Virus record (IMG/VR): IMGVR_UViG_3300024265_000033
Span: 32,001-96,000 of that record
DNA from: a virus
DNA: 64,000 nt
Strand: one strand, 5' to 3'
This document shows, piece by piece, positions 6,904 to 17,277 of the stretch (positions are counted from its first letter, which is position 1; each line of letters opens with the position of its first letter). A program made the position numbers and the translations under genes. A model generated the notes under the pieces. That model ran no database searches. It saw only the letters and a list, made by a program, of their open reading frames with translations, and was not told the DNA's origin.

Positions 6904-8967
6904 TTACTCCTCATCGCCAATTTTGTACCATTCAACTTTGAGGGCTTTTTTGAGCTTGTTATCTTTGGGACCCAGTTCTTCTTGCACGTTAGAAACTTCC
7001 TCGTTAATGGACTCATCTTGAGCTTGCATTGAATCTTCTTGTCCCTGAACTTGGGCTTGTGTGGCTTCTTCTTCTTTATTGGCATCCTCTTGCATAGCGT
7101 CGCTCATGCCTTGAATGTCTTGGTTCTTTTGGTCTTCCTTTTTATTGGCATCGTCTTCAATAGAGCTTGTCATATCACTCAGTTCCTGATTACCTTGCAT
7201 TTCTTTTTGCATCTTCTTTCCATCCGGATGGAATTGACTGAACCACATGAAATACACTTGATCTAAAATCAACTCATCGCATCCCGGCCAAGGAGGTAAT
7301 CCGTCTTCTGCGCGAATCTCGTTAACGGATTTCTTGAACTTGATCTCTTCTTTTTGACGGTCGAGAGTTTCTTTGGAAGACTCTTCTCCTACGCCTACGA
7401 AGGTAAGCTTGTAGTCTGGGTCGATCTTATCCACAACATGCTTATTTAGGTACCGCTCCAAGAACTTCAGAAGTGGGATCAAGCCTTTGTTTTTAGAGGC
7501 TGTGAACTTCTCTGAAGTGTTATCTCCAGAAAGACTTCCGCCAGTTCCCCCTTCTTCTTTCATACCGAATCCAATTTCGAGGGGATCGATCTGATAGACA
7601 GAGCACATTAATTTGATGAGGTAATTCATCCAATTCGTGAATTCCATATCAGAATGATTCTGAGTAAGGGGAATCCATTTTACTTCATCCATACCAGAAA
7701 GGATGGGAGTTTGGAAAGAGTTCTTATTGCCCTTAATCATATGCTGCCATTGAACTCTGAGCGATTCTAGTTTCCTGCGATTCAGAGGAGCTTTGACGTG
7801 CAAGATACCTTTAGAAGAAAACCCCTGAGTGAAATAAGATTTGTTGTAATTCTCAGTGAAGATGTGACTGGTAATAATTGCAAGGAGAACCTCTAGTTCG
7901 GATACGGAATATCCGTTTGCATACAAATTCGTAGTAGGATTTCTCATACCCACAAACATCTCGTCGGGAGTGAAAGCTCGTATGATTTTTCCTCTAACTA
8001 CTTGAACGTATTTGTAATCATCATTTTCTAATTTTTCGTCATCAAGCTCTAGGGCGTCTCTTTGCTCTGACATGGCCCTGAGTTCTTTTTCCGGAAACAA
8101 AAGATCATAGCCGGGTTGTTGCAGATCCATCTCATTATATTTTCTGAGCGAAGGGGTAGAATATCGAATAGTCCCGCCATCTACCGGTACCCAGTGATGT
8201 GGACGATTGGCATTATCCGGAATCATTTCAGTTCCGATTTGATCGTAAGTAAGAGAATCGCGCACAATGGCTCTTAAATAAGCATCGAAATCCCAGCGTT
8301 GAGACTCCCATGGACGGTCTTCTTTCCTCCCACAATTTAGAATCATGTTCTCAATTTCTTTCACGCGGGCGCGTGTTTGCTTGTGGAGTTCTTTTTTGGC
8401 CATTCGAATCATCTCTTTTTCGGATAATTCGCCATCCTTGTCTTTATCTGCGTCGTCTTCTGCTTCGGGATTCTTATCTATTCCGTCTACGGCATCTCCA
8501 ACTTCGTCGTTGTCCTCAAGCATTTTTTTGCCAGATTCGTAGGGATCTTTACCCGCCGATTTAGGATCTTTGAGATCTCCGTATTTCTCCGGAAACATCG
8601 TTTTGAGCATTTCCTGTAATTTTTCGTCCTCATCTTTGAGCTTGATTTTGAAACCTTTGTCGTGTTGTAGCTCGGCAGGACAGGCGTGAGCTGCGACTTT
8701 GTTTTGATAGGTTTGAATGATAGTCGCAATAATGGTATTTTTGCGGCTCATATGCTGTAGGTTATCGTAGGAGAGTCTATTGGCTTTTTCCTGATACCCC
8801 ATCACTCCCGAAGAATATGTGATATCTCGGTAAATAGATTTACGATAAAAGGCGTTGTCTTCCTCTTGTGACATCTCAGACCGGGCTTTAGACACATATC
8901 GATCTAGAGCTACTTCCGTAGCCTGAGCGATTTTTTGAAAAATTGTAGGCTTTTCGTTCTTATCCAT
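6904..8967 (-). CDS. portal protein
   Basis: DSLTYDQ, PVDGGTIR, NGYSVSELE, YFTQG..KGIL, DMEF, YQIDPLEIGF and SVNEIRAEDGLPP are phage portal motifs; next to terminase. Confidence 0.92.
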   Translation of the reverse strand: MDKNEKPTIFQKIAQATEVALDRYVSKARSEMSQEEDNAFYRKSIYRDITYSSGVMGYQEKANRLSYDNLQHMSRKNTIIATIIQTYQNKVAAHACPAELQHDKGFKIKLKDEDEKLQEMLKTMFPEKYGDLKDPKSAGKDPYESGKKMLEDNDEVGDAVDGIDKNPEAEDDADKDKDGELSEKEMIRMAKKELHKQTRARVKEIENMILNCGRKEDRPWESQRWDFDAYLRAIVRDSLTYDQIGTEMIPDNANRPHHWVPVDGGTIRYSTPSLRKYNEMDLQQPGYDLLFPEKELRAMSEQRDALELDDEKLENDDYKYVQVVRGKIIRAFTPDEMFVGMRNPTTNLYANGYSVSELEVLLAIITSHIFTENYNKSYFTQGFSSKGILHVKAPLNRRKLESLRVQWQHMIKGNKNSFQTPILSGMDEVKWIPLTQNHSDMEFTNWMNYLIKLMCSVYQIDPLEIGFGMKEEGGTGGSLSGDNTSEKFTASKNKGLIPLLKFLERYLNKHVVDKIDPDYKLTFVGVGEESSKETLDRQKEEIKFKKSVNEIRAEDGLPPWPGCDELILDQVYFMWFSQFHPDGKKMQKEMQGNQELSDMTSSIEDDANKKEDQKNQDIQGMSDAMQEDANKEEEATQAQVQGQEDSMQAQDESINEEVSNVQEELGPKDNKLKKALKVEWYKIGDEE

Positions 8968-8981
8968 GTTCCCTCTACCTA

Positions 8982-9362
8982 TTATTTATCAGCCGTAACA
9001 ATATCTACATTTGCCGCCGAGCCCGATGCGTTGGAAAGCAACAAGGCGGTGACATCACCTCTTGAGTAATATACTGCAGTTTTGGTTCCTGCAGCTCTGG
9101 GTTTCAATGTAATAGAATCTCCGCTTCCGTTTAATTTGATTGAAATTTCTTGATCCGTGAGAATTAAAAGATATTCGGTATTTGCAGAAGGAAGTTCAAT
9201 GACTTGATCTACGGTTGAATCTGCTACTGAAATCTGACAGCGTTTTACGCCCGTGATGGAATCTTCCGAAGTTCGGTTTTTAACTTTTGTGGCATCTGCC
9301 GGATCATTGGTTGGCGAGGCGTTATCGTAGGCCAAAAAATCTATCAAAACATCCAATCTCAT
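8982..9362 (-). CDS. putative virion structural protein (beta-rich)
   Basis: Ala/Thr/Ser-rich 126 aa ORF between terminase and portal. Confidence 0.5.
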   Translation of the reverse strand: MRLDVLIDFLAYDNASPTNDPADATKVKNRTSEDSITGVKRCQISVADSTVDQVIELPSANTEYLLILTDQEISIKLNGSGDSITLKPRAAGTKTAVYYSRGDVTALLLSNASGSAANVDIVTADK

Positions 9363-9431
9363 CTTTAATCTCCCAATCTAGGTTACTCTAATTCTACCAT
9401 AATAGCAAGTTTAGGACCAAGGCAGTCGGGT

Positions 9432-11258
9432 TTAGAAGGAAAAATCCGCTCCGCCTTCATTCCCGCCTTCCGGCTCTTCGTCCTCTAATTCACTAATATG
9501 CTTCCATTCTCCTGTTTCCTTATCCTTGATCCATTCTTTTGAGTTATCTACGAACGCGGTCCCGTACATAGGCGCGAGCATTTCTGGGGTAGGGGCGTCA
9601 AAAGCTCTACCCGTGGCATCCGTCCTGATTTCCGGCCCTTCGGACCCAGCCACATCTCCCTCTGCGATTCCTAAGGCATTGAGATCGTAGGTCAAAATGA
9701 ACACTGATACGGCCAAGGCGTCAGAACAGTCATCACTTCCTCCGGGAGGGTGTCCTATGCGGACGGTGCCCGTCGCGGTCTGCTCGACCTGTAATTGCTT
9801 GATTTCGTTCGACTGGAGTTCGTAGTCAAGTAAGTCAATCCTTTGGTTGTGGATCACGTTCTTCAAGTTGAAGTAAATCTGCTTTTTGAAGGTATTCGTA
9901 AACGGCTTCTCGATCAAAGTCACACCATATTGCTCAAATATTTCCCGCAGGGGCTGGAAGGAGAATTGGTCGGCATGGACCCGGGTGATGCCATATTCCT
10001 TGCAAATATTTCGAATATATTCCGCAACTATCTTAGATTTAACAGGTTTTAATCTGGAGCCCTTCCAAGTTTTCACGACATACTGCTTCATTTTATGGCC
10101 GTCATAACCTACCAAAGTGAAGGCGAACCTATCCCCCTTAAAGGCAGCATCAATGGAGGCGCAATACACCACGTCAGAGTTACGGGGTTCCGGGACTTCG
10201 AAAGTCTTGCCTTTGATCGTACAAAGATCCACGAATTCTGGCATGATGAAATTCGAAATGGAGTCAACGAAATTGGCTCGATACTCGGCGTCAAACCCGA
10301 CCGGATCTAGAATGTATTCATCTTTGAACTCGTTTTCCATCAAGATCGTATTCCAGACCCAAGACGGAGCTTTGAGCGTCAGGTAACTTTTGGGCAGTTC
10401 GTCCTTTCGCATGAACTCATCGTAGAGAATCCCTTGCTTGATTCCCGGAGAAGAAAGCTTGATTAAAAGCCCGTGTTCCCGGAACTGGAGTAGGGCGGGT
10501 CGGGCAGCTCGAAGGATGTCTACATCCCGCTCCGCCGCGTTCTCGTCTAGGTTCCAATACGCGATCTCGTCACAAAGTAGGGCGCAAATAGCTTGTCCCC
10601 GGACGTTCTTTTTATTGGCGGTACCCACTTTGATCCGGACCAAAGAATTCACGATTTTTCCCTTTTCTATAAAAGGGATTTTGAGGTTGAAAATTGATTG
10701 GGTCTGCTTCTCCTTCTTGTCAATGAGACGGGCCAAGATAGGGGAGCTTTCCATAAAGTGTTTAATTAATTCGAGAACTTCATCTGAGAACTCTCTGGAG
10801 TGGGAGAGAATCACGACTGCCGCTTTTTTGTTCTTTTTCAGATACGGCTTCCAGTTCATTTTGATGGCACAGTAAATTGCCAGCATAGCGGAAATGGTAG
10901 TCTTTCCCCCCCGTCGTCCTACGATGAGATTGATTCTATTACGCTCGGATTGGTACTCTGGCTGATATTCTTTATCAGTCATGAACTTGAAAAGATCGAC
11001 CTCAGTCATCTGGATCTTTTCTAGGGCAAAATTTCCATCCGGATCTTTACATTCCATCCAGACGTAATGTGGAGTAATCGGGTCAAGCTCTTGTCCGAAG
11101 ACGCATTTCAGGGCCACTACCTGCGCGGGCGTGGGCTCGAAATCCATGAAAATCTTACTTTCAATAAAAAACCCTAAGGGATCTTCTTGAATTTGTTCGA
11201 GATAATCGTTAAATGCTAGGGCGAATTCCTTATCGCTCTTGAATTCAATCTTCTCCAT
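9432..11258 (-). CDS. terL: terminase large subunit
   Basis: Walker A GRRGGKTT, Walker B LLCDEIA, coupling motif LSSP, nuclease SIDAAFKGD and DDCSDALA. Confidence 0.93.
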   Translation of the reverse strand: MEKIEFKSDKEFALAFNDYLEQIQEDPLGFFIESKIFMDFEPTPAQVVALKCVFGQELDPITPHYVWMECKDPDGNFALEKIQMTEVDLFKFMTDKEYQPEYQSERNRINLIVGRRGGKTTISAMLAIYCAIKMNWKPYLKKNKKAAVVILSHSREFSDEVLELIKHFMESSPILARLIDKKEKQTQSIFNLKIPFIEKGKIVNSLVRIKVGTANKKNVRGQAICALLCDEIAYWNLDENAAERDVDILRAARPALLQFREHGLLIKLSSPGIKQGILYDEFMRKDELPKSYLTLKAPSWVWNTILMENEFKDEYILDPVGFDAEYRANFVDSISNFIMPEFVDLCTIKGKTFEVPEPRNSDVVYCASIDAAFKGDRFAFTLVGYDGHKMKQYVVKTWKGSRLKPVKSKIVAEYIRNICKEYGITRVHADQFSFQPLREIFEQYGVTLIEKPFTNTFKKQIYFNLKNVIHNQRIDLLDYELQSNEIKQLQVEQTATGTVRIGHPPGGSDDCSDALAVSVFILTYDLNALGIAEGDVAGSEGPEIRTDATGRAFDAPTPEMLAPMYGTAFVDNSKEWIKDKETGEWKHISELEDEEPEGGNEGGADFSF

Positions 11259-11553
11259 TCCTATCCTTCTTCAATTCTTTAGCCACATCTGCGTAGATCG
11301 GGTCGTTTGGTGCGGGCAATTTGTGGACGTCTGCCAGCCTTTTATGTAAATAAGTTACTTTTTCGGGCGGTTTTTTATGTTTTATTACACATTTATCGCC
11401 CCACTTGACGACTTCAACCCGGAGCCCGCATACGCATCGGGCTTTCCAAGTCACGGGACCTTTCGTTTTCATAGTGATTCTGGAATCGCATCCTATTTCC
11501 ATGCGCTGCCCTGTATGCTCGCACGAGAATCCGAATCTAAATTGTGTTCCCAT
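11245..11553 (-). CDS. hypothetical Zn-ribbon protein
   Basis: CEHTG and CVCG motifs; overlaps terL start. Confidence 0.55.
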   Translation of the reverse strand: MGTQFRFGFSCEHTGQRMEIGCDSRITMKTKGPVTWKARCVCGLRVEVVKWGDKCVIKHKKPPEKVTYLHKRLADVHKLPAPNDPIYADVAKELKKDRNGED

Positions 11554-11600
11554 ATTTAACCCCGTTTACTTCTATGGAAAAAACCGCGAAAATTTGAAAA

Positions 11601-12012
11601 TCAGACCTTTTTAGTCTTCTTTTTCTTCGTGGCTTTCTTCTTAGTCGCTTTTTTCTTCGTTACTTTTTTCTTAGTCGCTTTTTTCTTAGCCGGAGCCTTC
11701 TTCTTTTTGGCAGGTTCTCTGGTGAGAAAAGAACTCACTAAAAGTGATTTAGAGGCATCCGGATTCATACCCGCACTTAGCGGTCTATGAATACATAAAG
11801 CTCCCTCGGCCCCATACTTGATATCCGAACTGCAAGCTTCCAAAGCTGCCGCCAGTTGACGGTATTCTTTTTCCGTGGGGAATTTCCCCTTACATTTTAC
11901 GCTCAGAGAAGTCGCGGAAAAGTCTTCCACTAAAATAGTCTTGGACATCCGTTCTCTTGTTGCGTCACGCAACATTGGACTGAGTCGGCCCCATTTATTT
12001 TCCTTCTTCATT
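11601..12012 (-). CDS. protein with histone H1-like Lys/Ala/Thr tail
   Basis: C-terminal PAKKKKAPAKKKATKKKVTKKKATKKKATKKKKTKKV, encoded by approximately 15-bp degenerate repeats. Confidence 0.65.
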
Positions 12013-12480
12013 TGGAAATCCTCCTCCCACCGCATCGAAGAAAACACACGTCGGATCGTGTTTCATCTCCAGATCAATTCTCTCGGCAGCTTGTGGTGTA
12101 AAAGCTATGTAATAGAGAAAGAAAGCCTGCGGCCCTTCTTCTTCTCCTTGATAAAATAAGTCGAATTTTAGTGCAGTAGAGAGTTGCCCTACGACTTTGT
12201 AGGCCATACAAACATCATTGACTTTTTCAGCCAATTTTTTGGCTCCGCCTTCGATATCAATGGCTGGGTGTTTGATTCCTATATATCGAACCATATAGTC
12301 CGAACCCATCGTCTGCGTGACGGATCTGGCGTCGAGTTCTTTTTTCACAGATTCCCAAAGGAGATCTTTGACCGCCCAATCTATATCATCGACTCGTAGA
12401 GGTGATCCCTCTACAGATTCTTTTTTCAGTGCTTCGATACATTTTTCAGCATCGTCCAAAGCTTTACTTTCTTTTTTCAT
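11995..12480 (-). CDS. hypothetical protein
   Basis: 161 aa ORF in operon. Confidence 0.6.
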   Translation of the reverse strand: MKKESKALDDAEKCIEALKKESVEGSPLRVDDIDWAVKDLLWESVKKELDARSVTQTMGSDYMVRYIGIKHPAIDIEGGAKKLAEKVNDVCMAYKVVGQLSTALKFDLFYQGEEEGPQAFFLYYIAFTPQAAERIDLEMKHDPTCVFFDAVGGGFPNEEGK

Positions 12481-12985
12481 AATCTCTTCCTTCTACCGGC
12501 CCTGCGACCTTGATCTTTTTCGGTTTTTCTAGCAAAATTCCTAGGTGGGCATGGCAATAAAGCGTCCCATCCGGATTAAATATGAGCCTAAAGGGCTCAT
12601 CTACTATTGTAACAGCTCCTTCGACGGTATTCTTTACGGCCTTCAACTTACCATCAAATGGTAAAAAGGTCTTACCTTGGTACTTAAGTCCTCGGAATTT
12701 AACTGTATCCCCCGCATGAAAGCGGTCGTAGGTGGGAATTTCTCGGGGTCTGCCCTTCCCAATCTCGATATTCAAGGACCCGCATTGGGCATTGGTACAT
12801 TTTTCCGCCTTGGAAGCGATCCAAGTATGATGGCACCGATTACATGTGAATTTCTCTACAATGAGGGTGTTCTTTTTACTACGAAGTTTCTTTTTTTTCT
12901 TAGCCATTTTCCGGCTCCCATTCGTTAATCTTAGAAGGCTCTTGAAGCCACTGAGAATAAGTAATGCCCCGTTCATTCCAATCAT
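12464..12985 (-). CDS. Zn-ribbon-containing hypothetical protein (true start probably MAKKKK)
   Basis: CNRCHHTW..CTNAQCGS motif. Confidence 0.6.
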   Translation of the reverse strand: MIGMNGALLILSGFKSLLRLTNGSRKMAKKKKKLRSKKNTLIVEKFTCNRCHHTWIASKAEKCTNAQCGSLNIEIGKGRPREIPTYDRFHAGDTVKFRGLKYQGKTFLPFDGKLKAVKNTVEGAVTIVDEPFRLIFNPDGTLYCHAHLGILLEKPKKIKVAGPVEGRDYEKRK

Positions 12986-13153
12986 GAGGTCTGGAATAGC
13001 CGGGAGGTATCATACCTTTTTCTTCAGCTTTTTTCAAAACATTCTCAGCTATTTGAAAAGCATATTCGAGTCCTATCTTGGTTCTAGGACCGTCCCAAGA
13101 ATATTCTCCACATATTTCGTCTGCCAAAATTTCAACCATTTTACTGCGCTTCA

Positions 13154-13567
13154 TTATTCTTCTTCCATATCCATAAGTTTTTTACGATCCCTGAGTTCCT
13201 TTTCCCGGATGAGTTGCTCCTTGGGGCTCAGTTTCCGGCCCAAAGCGTCCCTAGTGAAATCGGGCTCTTCGTCTGCGCGTGGGATATTCCCACTTGGGGG
13301 TTCCCCCTCCATAAGCTTGGTATCGATAATGGCTAGGCATTCGAGTAGACTTTTGATGTCCAGACGCCATAGGGCTGCCATGGGCTGCTTTAGAATCTCC
13401 GTGACCTTGTCTTCTTGCTCGTCAATCCTGTGGTAGAGATCTCCATGCTGCTCCCTATATGCTTCCAGATAAGCAGAATTGGCATCAATCTCTCTTTGAA
13501 TAATCAAGAGCTGGCGTTCGATGGATTTCCGAAATTCTGTGAGATTTAATCTTTCAGTTTCTTTCAT
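13154..13567 (-). CDS. hypothetical helical protein
   Basis: 137 aa ORF with overlapping start/stop. Confidence 0.55.
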   Translation of the reverse strand: MKETERLNLTEFRKSIERQLLIIQREIDANSAYLEAYREQHGDLYHRIDEQEDKVTEILKQPMAALWRLDIKSLLECLAIIDTKLMEGEPPSGNIPRADEEPDFTRDALGRKLSPKEQLIREKELRDRKKLMDMEEE

Positions 13568-13799
13568 TTTTGCTCCTTGGAATTTTCGAGACGATCCGCG
13601 TAATAATGCTTGAAACCCTTAGGCCCCAGCTTAACTTCTTCAAGAATGCCCTCGTAGATTCCAATCAATCCATAAGACATAAAAATACAAATTGTGTAAG
13701 CGAATCCAATGGTGTTTACTAACATAATCAGCCCGTAAACTAGAGCTGCACAAGCCGCTAATGCCCCAACCATAATCCCTATGACTTTTAGATGATCTT

Positions 13800-14042
13800 T
13801 CATTCTCCGTCTCCTTCGACGTACCCGGCTACAACCCGATTACAAAACCCATGGGCTAGGGCTCTGTGAGATCCATTCAAGACGCGGTACTCGCCCGTAG
13901 GCAAATGCCTTACTTGGATCGGCGGAAACTCGGCACCGTCCTTTAACTCTCTAATGAATTTCAATAGTTTATTGACATCCACTTTGGACTGATACTTGAG
14001 TTCTAAAGGCTTAAAATAGATGTCACTCATCACAATGGCCAA
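13800..14042 (-). CDS. stand-alone ParB/sulfiredoxin-like N-terminal domain
   Basis: FPPIQV..YRVLNGSHRALAH. Confidence 0.75.
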   Translation of the reverse strand: MAIVMSDIYFKPLELKYQSKVDVNKLLKFIRELKDGAEFPPIQVRHLPTGEYRVLNGSHRALAHGFCNRVVAGYVEGDGE

Positions 14043-14217
14043 TCAATTTCGTCATATTTTTCTTGGAGCTTCTCGAATTCGTCTAAGAGAGTCCGGATAT
14101 CCTTCACAGCCCATCCAGCTCGCATGTGGTCTGGTTTAGGGGTAGGTGGGTCGTTACAGCCTGCGCGATCCCATTTTTCGGCCCACTCTAATCTTTCTCT
14201 AATTTGCTCTATTTTGC

Positions 14218-14490
14218 TCATTTTTTCTCCTTAATTATTTTAAGGAAATCTTCTTTTGCATTGAAAAATATAGACACAGTGTCAGCATTTGGGCATTTAG
14301 TTAAATGCGCATGGTACCGGATGCCCACTTCTTCTATAAAAGCAGAACTTACATAGCCTGAACATCCCCGAAAAAATCCTTTGACAACCTCTACGGCATC
14401 GTTATATTTGAATTTAGGTTCTGACTTGGGCTCAGGTACCGGAGTGTTACACCCAACCATTAAAAGCGCGATCAGTATTAGCTTTTTCAT
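14218..14490 (-). CDS. lipoprotein with KOW-like motif
   Basis: Lipobox MVGC; FKYNDAVEVVKGFFRGCSGYV. Confidence 0.6.
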   Translation of the reverse strand: MKKLILIALLMVGCNTPVPEPKSEPKFKYNDAVEVVKGFFRGCSGYVSSAFIEEVGIRYHAHLTKCPNADTVSIFFNAKEDFLKIIKEKK

Positions 14491-14993
14491 TTTTTCTCCA
14501 ACTTATAAATCTCAATAAAGGTATCCCGGTCCATGTCACCGAGTTCGAGCCGGGAAAGTTGATTGACCATGGCCAAAATACTAAATACCCGATCTTTCTC
14601 TACAATGCCTGTGAGCATTCTGACGGTCTGGGGGAAGGATTCTTTCCCGTCTAGGTAATCTTGAAAGAGGTCTTTAATCGTCATTTTAGCTCCTGTTCGA
14701 CAGATCCGTCCTTGTACACTATTCTGATATCTAACCCGGTCCGAACGAAAGTAATTTCAATATGATCTATTTCTTTCATTTTTGCTCCTTCACGCCTACG
14801 ACAATGCCGTACAATACGCCGTCTTCAATCATGGGTTTCATATTAGGACGGGCTTCCCACCATTTGGGATCTTTCAACTCCGCTTCGGTAACTCCGGTTT
14901 GTTCCATGAAAACTCCGATATTCATCATAATCTCGTTTGGGGCACCAAAATTCTCAATCGCTTTCAGGGCGGCTTCTTCTATCGCTGCGCTCT

Positions 14994-16145
14994 TCATTTC
15001 CAACTCCCTTTTCGATACAACACCGAGTTCTTGATAAAACTTCTCAAGCTTTCTAATTCTTGGACCCGGAACTTCATTTGCTCTATTGTATCCTTCGACA
15101 CCACTTTTGTCAATGTTTTCTTACTTGACAAATCCCTTCGGAGCTGTTCTATGCGATACTCGACGGCCTTTTGTAGCTGCCTCTTGGTTTCTAGCTGAAC
15201 CTTCATACACGCATTTTCTATCTGAACTTCCCGGGATGGAGCCACAAGTCTTGGCTTGGCGGCGGACTTCCGGGGAGGCTTGCGTAGCTCGCGGGCGGGG
15301 ACCCTACCCCGGCGCGATTTAGCCGACATTTTTTGTAAAATATCATGCCAGAACTTTTTCTTACGGGACTCCTTTGTGGATACTACTTGAAGGCGGGGGG
15401 GCTTATTCTTTTTCTTGGTCGCTACGCTCTTCATCGGAACTACCTTGCAATTCTCACATCTTTCGGGCGGTACGATACGCGACATGCCATATGCGCCCGA
15501 ACAAGCCTCGCATAGCCATGGGAGGTCGTTGGCGGATATGCTTGTTTTTTGCGTCCTATTTGCGTCCTGTTTACGTCCTATTTGCGTTAGGTTTGCGTCA
15601 GGTTCTTGGGATTTACATTTAAGGTCCTTATTTGTATATTTAAGCTCCTTAAATATATATTTAAGCCTCTTAAATATCGGTGTTGGACTCTTTAGGTCAT
15701 GATTCTCTGCAGTTGGGACTCCCATTTTTATGCCGCCCGGGGCTTCTAAACCCTTGCCAGAGGGCGGTCCTAGTTGGTTCTGGGTAGGTTTTTGGGGGCT
15801 ATTTTTGGAAAATAATTTCTTGGTGCAAATATCGCAGTTATTTGAATCTAGTATGCTCTCTTGTCCAACTTTTCGGTGGGTCCATGTATGTTCCGGGCAG
15901 TGTCGGGGAAGTGGCGACCTCGGTGCCTCAGCTATTTGGCCATTTCGCGTATAACCTGTCTGGGTCCCGGCATAAGGGACCTCCGCCATGGAACCGTCTT
16001 GGGACTCCGGTTTTACCGGTTTTGCATGCCGGGGGCTTCGTGCTCCCCTCTTGCGTGGCATACCCAGCAACTTGACAGCTATCTCTCCTCCTATCACAGC
16101 TACACATATACAATATAGTGTATATATTATGGCGATCTCAATCAT
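14994..16145 (-). CDS. hypothetical low-complexity basic protein containing an internal repeat array
   Basis: 383 aa ORF with N-terminal hydrophobic segment and CxxC pairs; spans the repeat cluster at 15548-15677. Confidence 0.45.
   Translation of the reverse strand: MIEIAIIYTLYCICVAVIGGEIAVKLLGMPRKRGARSPRHAKPVKPESQDGSMAEVPYAGTQTGYTRNGQIAEAPRSPLPRHCPEHTWTHRKVGQESILDSNNCDICTKKLFSKNSPQKPTQNQLGPPSGKGLEAPGGIKMGVPTAENHDLKSPTPIFKRLKYIFKELKYTNKDLKCKSQEPDANLTQIGRKQDANRTQKTSISANDLPWLCEACSGAYGMSRIVPPERCENCKVVPMKSVATKKKNKPPRLQVVSTKESRKKKFWHDILQKMSAKSRRGRVPARELRKPPRKSAAKPRLVAPSREVQIENACMKVQLETKRQLQKAVEYRIEQLRRDLSSKKTLTKVVSKDTIEQMKFRVQELESLRSFIKNSVLYRKGSWK
15548..15602. repeat. five tandem 11-bp iteron-like repeats
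   Basis: tttgcgtccta tttgcgtcctg tttacgtccta tttgcgttagg tttgcgtcagg. Confidence 0.85.
15615..15677. repeat. three tandem 21-bp AT-rich palindromes
   Basis: ACATTTAAGgtcCTTATTTGT / ATATTTAAGctcCTTAAATAT / ATATTTAAGcctCTTAAATAT. Confidence 0.85.
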
Positions 16146-16388
16146 GTCTCTATACCCCTCTCTATGGGCCTACTCATGCATACCCTATATACGCCCTTCT
16201 CATATGTACACGTTTTTCCCTGTACATACACCCCCTCTTTTTGGGACCTTTGCATATGCCTTTTTGAGGGGCCTTTATCCACATCTGGAGTGGGGTATAT
16301 AGGAAAGTTCTTAATGGCCTTGTATGCAGTACAGCCTCCTCCTATGAGGTAGCCTAGGTACATCCCTATAGCGGCCATATACAGGATT

Positions 16389-16829
16389 CTAAGCGAAGTC
16401 ATATCGCACCTCACAGTGATTTTCCCATAGGAAGGCTGCTATATCGGCGACGTCATAATTGCCCAAATCCCACAGATCCTTTCTATGGCCTGTACGCGTT
16501 GTGAGGATCTTCGCCCCTGAAAAGCTCGTACTGAATTCTAGGCCTATTAGGAAAGGCGTTAATCGACCCGTTTTGTGGACCGGAGCTGTGAAGGCCTTGC
16601 CATGGGTTAGAAAATCCTTTACATGCTGTTCTAAGGCCTGTGTGGAGCGTTCTAGGCCCACGCCTGAGAGTTCCCTGAGTTCCCCCTTCACAACGGCTTT
16701 CCTACGCTTTTGTCGCGCATAATCGAGCTTATTGTAACAAGGCTTGCAATGGGCTTTGATCCTACCAGAGCCGTTCTGATAGTAATCCTCAATAGGTTTG
16801 ATCTGACGGCATGTGATGCAACGCTTCAT
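16389..16829 (-). CDS. Zn-finger protein (CxxC..CxxC type seen N-terminal to HNH/EndoVII nucleases)
   Basis: KRCITCRQIKPIEDYY..HCKPCY; TGcTATACT directly upstream of ATG. Confidence 0.6.
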   Translation of the reverse strand: MKRCITCRQIKPIEDYYQNGSGRIKAHCKPCYNKLDYARQKRRKAVVKGELRELSGVGLERSTQALEQHVKDFLTHGKAFTAPVHKTGRLTPFLIGLEFSTSFSGAKILTTRTGHRKDLWDLGNYDVADIAAFLWENHCEVRYDFA

Positions 16830-17213
16830 CTATTCAGTATAGCAAATATTCCTTCCATCTCTGCAGCGCGGCAGTGTGCATGGCAGAGTAGGGCTCTCGT
16901 TGCGTGCAGCGAGCCCCCATTTTCCGGTCACTGCATAGTAAAAGTATAGGCGGGCATAGAGATTGTGTAGTGATATCGCATAGATACAACAATACCATCA
17001 CATAAGCGTCACATAAAGAGCGTTTTTCGATTGTTCGAGGTGTATAGTGGCCCTACACTGCCGTAGATTGGTTATGCATCTGAATAGGCTTATATGACAA
17101 TTGAAACGTATAACACCTAACATATGATGTATTAAGTGCGTATTTGGGGGTTAACTACTCATATTCTGTGTGTTGTGGGGAATTGCCACACTTGCCCGTA
17201 ATGTTCACTATTC

Positions 17214-17277
17214 TATACGTTACGCTGGGTTTATGTCCATTATACGTTACGCTGGGTTTATGTCCATTATACTTTAC
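17214..17277. repeat. 27-bp tandem direct repeat (2 full copies plus a partial)
   Basis: tatacgttacgctgggtttatgtccat x2 then tatactttac, in a 450-bp non-coding gap. Confidence 0.9.

Noticed and set aside
13154-13567. Small terminase subunit
   Set aside because: Size and position are plausible, but no recognisable motif supports the call.
17214-17277. CRISPR mini-array (27-bp repeat, Cas4-like gene in window)
   Set aside because: The repeats are directly adjacent with no spacers, and stand-alone Cas4-like nucleases are common in phages.
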